IMG/VR virus record: IMGVR_UViG_3300035148_000579
Span: 1-48,007 of that record
Reading direction: 5' to 3' (one strand)
DNA length: 48,007 nucleotides
From: a virus
Taxonomy: Duplodnaviria; Caudoviricetes
The position numbers were made by a program, and so were the translations under genes. Below are positions 46,447 to 48,007 of the stretch, one piece after another. Position 1 is the stretch's first letter. Each line of letters begins with the position of its first letter. The notes under the pieces were generated by a model. The model searched no databases, had not been told where the DNA came from, and saw only the letters and a program-made list of their open reading frames with translations.

Positions 46447-46696
46447 GGAGAACTCCTACGGTCAGTTCCAGGTCATGCACACGCTGCTCCAAAGCAGCAG
46501 CGTGTAGTTGCAGTTGCTTGTTCTCTCGAACGAGGACGGAGTTGAGATTCGCATACCGAAGGATGACTCGCTGGGTTTCTCCTTCACAGGCGGCGAGGAG
46601 CATCTCCAGTCGGTTCTGCGGTTTCTTCTTCACCGAAAGCACGTTCCCGTATTCGGGGTCGGGCGGCACGAATTCAGGAGAAGAAGGCTCTCTCAT
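46331..46696 (-). CDS. Hypothetical coiled-coil protein (121 aa; last ~38 codons overlap the next gene)
   Basis: Starts 1 nt after the upstream stop; heptads LVRENKQLQLHAAALEQRVHDLE. Confidence 0.55.
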   Translation of the reverse strand: MREPSSPEFVPPDPEYGNVLSVKKKPQNRLEMLLAACEGETQRVILRYANLNSVLVRENKQLQLHAAALEQRVHDLELTVGVLRGARLRDDPPRSHPTPSEEQPEPAGRDSEAAEHQQDAA

Positions 46697-46697
46697 G

Positions 46698-46904
46698 TCA
46701 GTCGTCCACGTGGTAGAAGTTGTAGAAACCGAAATCTAGCAGGCACAGATTCAGTATGACCAGTTCCACATGCATTTCAGGGGCATGGTCCCCGGTTGTC
46801 CGGCAAGTGAAATTTGCGCTGAAGACTGTGAGGTTGTACTTCCATCCCCAGAACCGCGGCCAGTTCCACTCCCATACTATCTGCCGCTTCCGTGGGGCGC
46901 GCAT
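46698..46904 (-). CDS. Trp-rich hypothetical protein (68 aa; start ATG 46904)
   Basis: TGATG coupling; the longer track ORF overlaps two other genes. Confidence 0.6.
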   Translation of the reverse strand: MRAPRKRQIVWEWNWPRFWGWKYNLTVFSANFTCRTTGDHAPEMHVELVILNLCLLDFGFYNFYHVDD

Positions 46905-47083
46905 CAGAAGCTGATCCTGGTGAGTCCGGGCAGCTTCTTGAGCATCTCGGCAATTTCTGCCTCGTGCTTCTCCCGTTCTGCATCTTCGCGGGCACGTTCT
47001 TCTGGAGTGAGTGCGGCGTACCGCTTCTCCTCTGCTTCCTGCATCTCCTTCATGCGCTTCACAAGCGCTTCGATGTCGTTCAT
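46904..47083 (-). CDS. 59-aa charged helical protein (absent from ORF track)
   Basis: MNDIEALVKRMKEMQEAEEKRYAALTPEERAREDAE...RISF*; coupled at both ends. Confidence 0.7.
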   Translation of the reverse strand: MNDIEALVKRMKEMQEAEEKRYAALTPEERAREDAEREKHEAEIAEMLKKLPGLTRISF

Positions 47084-47562
47084 AGCTTGATGTTGTCCAT
47101 TTTCGCGAGAATGGACACCAGCTTGCTGGCGTCGCCGAGATAAATCTCGTCAGTGGCTTCGTTCGCGACTTCGATGACCTTCTCGATGGCTGCGTGATAC
47201 TTCTTGGTGATGGCCAGTTTCTCAGTCTCGTACTTATGCTGGCCTTCACGGTTTTCGAGCCATGCCTTGTCGACGCCCAGATGGGCGGCGACTGTGTGCG
47301 GCTCACCGCGATAGCGGAAGTCGGCGAGAATGCTGGCAACGCTGCTGTTCGCGATTGTCGGATGCAGTCGCTGAATGGCCTTGGCGATGTCGACGTTGCT
47401 GCGCTCTTCAGGTTTCTTCAGCTTGCTGATGAGCTGATGCTGTTCTTCGGTCAGGCGGGATTTTGCCTGGCCGCTCGCCTTGTCGATACGCTTTTCCATG
47501 TAGCGGATCTGCATACTGCTCAGTTTCGCAACGGGTTCTGCCTCGCTCTTTGCACGCGCCAC
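47080..47562 (-). CDS. Hypothetical helical protein, first visible gene of the early run (160 aa; start GTG 47562)
   Basis: AAAGGAG RBS upstream of GTG GCG CGT. Confidence 0.7.
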   Translation of the reverse strand: MARAKSEAEPVAKLSSMQIRYMEKRIDKASGQAKSRLTEEQHQLISKLKKPEERSNVDIAKAIQRLHPTIANSSVASILADFRYRGEPHTVAAHLGVDKAWLENREGQHKYETEKLAITKKYHAAIEKVIEVANEATDEIYLGDASKLVSILAKMDNIKL

Positions 47563-48007
47563 TGCATTCTCCTTTGGTGTGTTGGTGCCGGTTACGCGAC
47601 TCCGGCGTCTATCGACAGGGAGTGGAGGGAATCGGGGGATCACACCCACTTTGCAGACCGATTACGGCGGGTTACTTGGTCCGAAAACCATGAACCTTCG
47701 CTAAGAATCGATTCATGCGGGTTACTCTGTCCCGCGACAGCGTTGCACGTATGTCCTCAGTCCGGGCCCGGACTTATGAGGTGGACGGCTGTCAGGTGCC
47801 TCTTCCTTCTCTTCGGCTACCTCCTGGGGAACCCAGGACGCTAGAGATATGGGTGATGTAACGTAGATCCCACCCCACGGAGGGTTATCTTTTTCAGCTG
47901 CCCAGAGGGCAGTTTCGTGGAAACCCACAACTATGCTGGAGGCCCGTACCCATCGAAGGGAAAGTGCACCACCACACTGATGGTCACTGGGGCCGAATGC
48001 AGATGTG
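47563..48007 (-). ncRNA. Candidate structured RNA or long 5' leader (~10 adjacent hairpins), may extend past the window
   Basis: Stems at 47587-606, 47630-663, 47677-690 (UUCG loop and G-U on - strand), 47717-735, 47736-793, 47822-838, 47898-912, 47941-994; no convincing gene. Confidence 0.45.

Larger units (their letters stand above)
1..48007. mobile_element. Tailed dsDNA bacteriophage genome segment, probably podovirus-like, likely proteobacterial host
   Basis: Dense coupled genes in two convergent arms; endolysin/holin, PolA, SNF2 helicase, dNMP kinase, HNH and fibre-like proteins; no host housekeeping genes. Host guess rests on the TraR/DksA gene and GH24 lysozyme. Confidence 0.95.

Noticed and set aside
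47620-47665. tRNA-Cys-like CTGCAAA loop and T-arm-like stem on the - strand
   Set aside because: Anticodon stem does not pair, there is no TTC T-loop, and no acceptor stem or CCA.
47722-47928. 68-aa ORF on the - strand
   Set aside because: No clear RBS, not coupled to any neighbour, and lies across dense hairpins; kept only as the alternative to the ncRNA reading.
1-48007. Alternative genetic code
   Set aside because: TAA, TAG and TGA all end well-supported genes, and conserved proteins are uninterrupted under code 11.

Overview
The window is a segment of a high-GC tailed dsDNA phage genome with two convergent arms. The + arm (1-29473) is a late/virion operon. It holds several fibre-like repeat proteins (including a 1450-aa Thr/Ala/Gly/Ser/Val repeat protein), small adaptor-like proteins, an embedded lysis cassette (membrane proteins, holin, GH24 endolysin), a free-standing HNH nuclease, tail proteins, three large putative ejection proteins (626, 877, 1875 aa) and a terminal GNAT. 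No tape measure, tube or sheath gene is recognisable, so a podovirus-like tail is inferred. The - arm (29519-47562) is an early/replication operon: TraR/DksA-type Zn finger, PD-(D/E)xK nuclease, dNMP kinase, DEDDh exonuclease, family A DNA polymerase (Leu762 type), SNF2-type helicase, Cas4-like nuclease, a MoxR AAA+/Nmad5-like/wHTH/peptidase-vWA module, and about 18 small coupled ORFs of unknown function. Three hairpin-dense, apparently non-coding stretches (6927-7007, 37617-37786, 47563-48007) are unexplained by the genes and are the best candidates for undescribed functional RNA or DNA elements. Terminase, portal, capsid, primase and integrase were not recognised in this window. All family assignments come from reading motifs by eye, not database searches. 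Several start codons were adjusted from the ORF track using RBS and stop/start overlaps.
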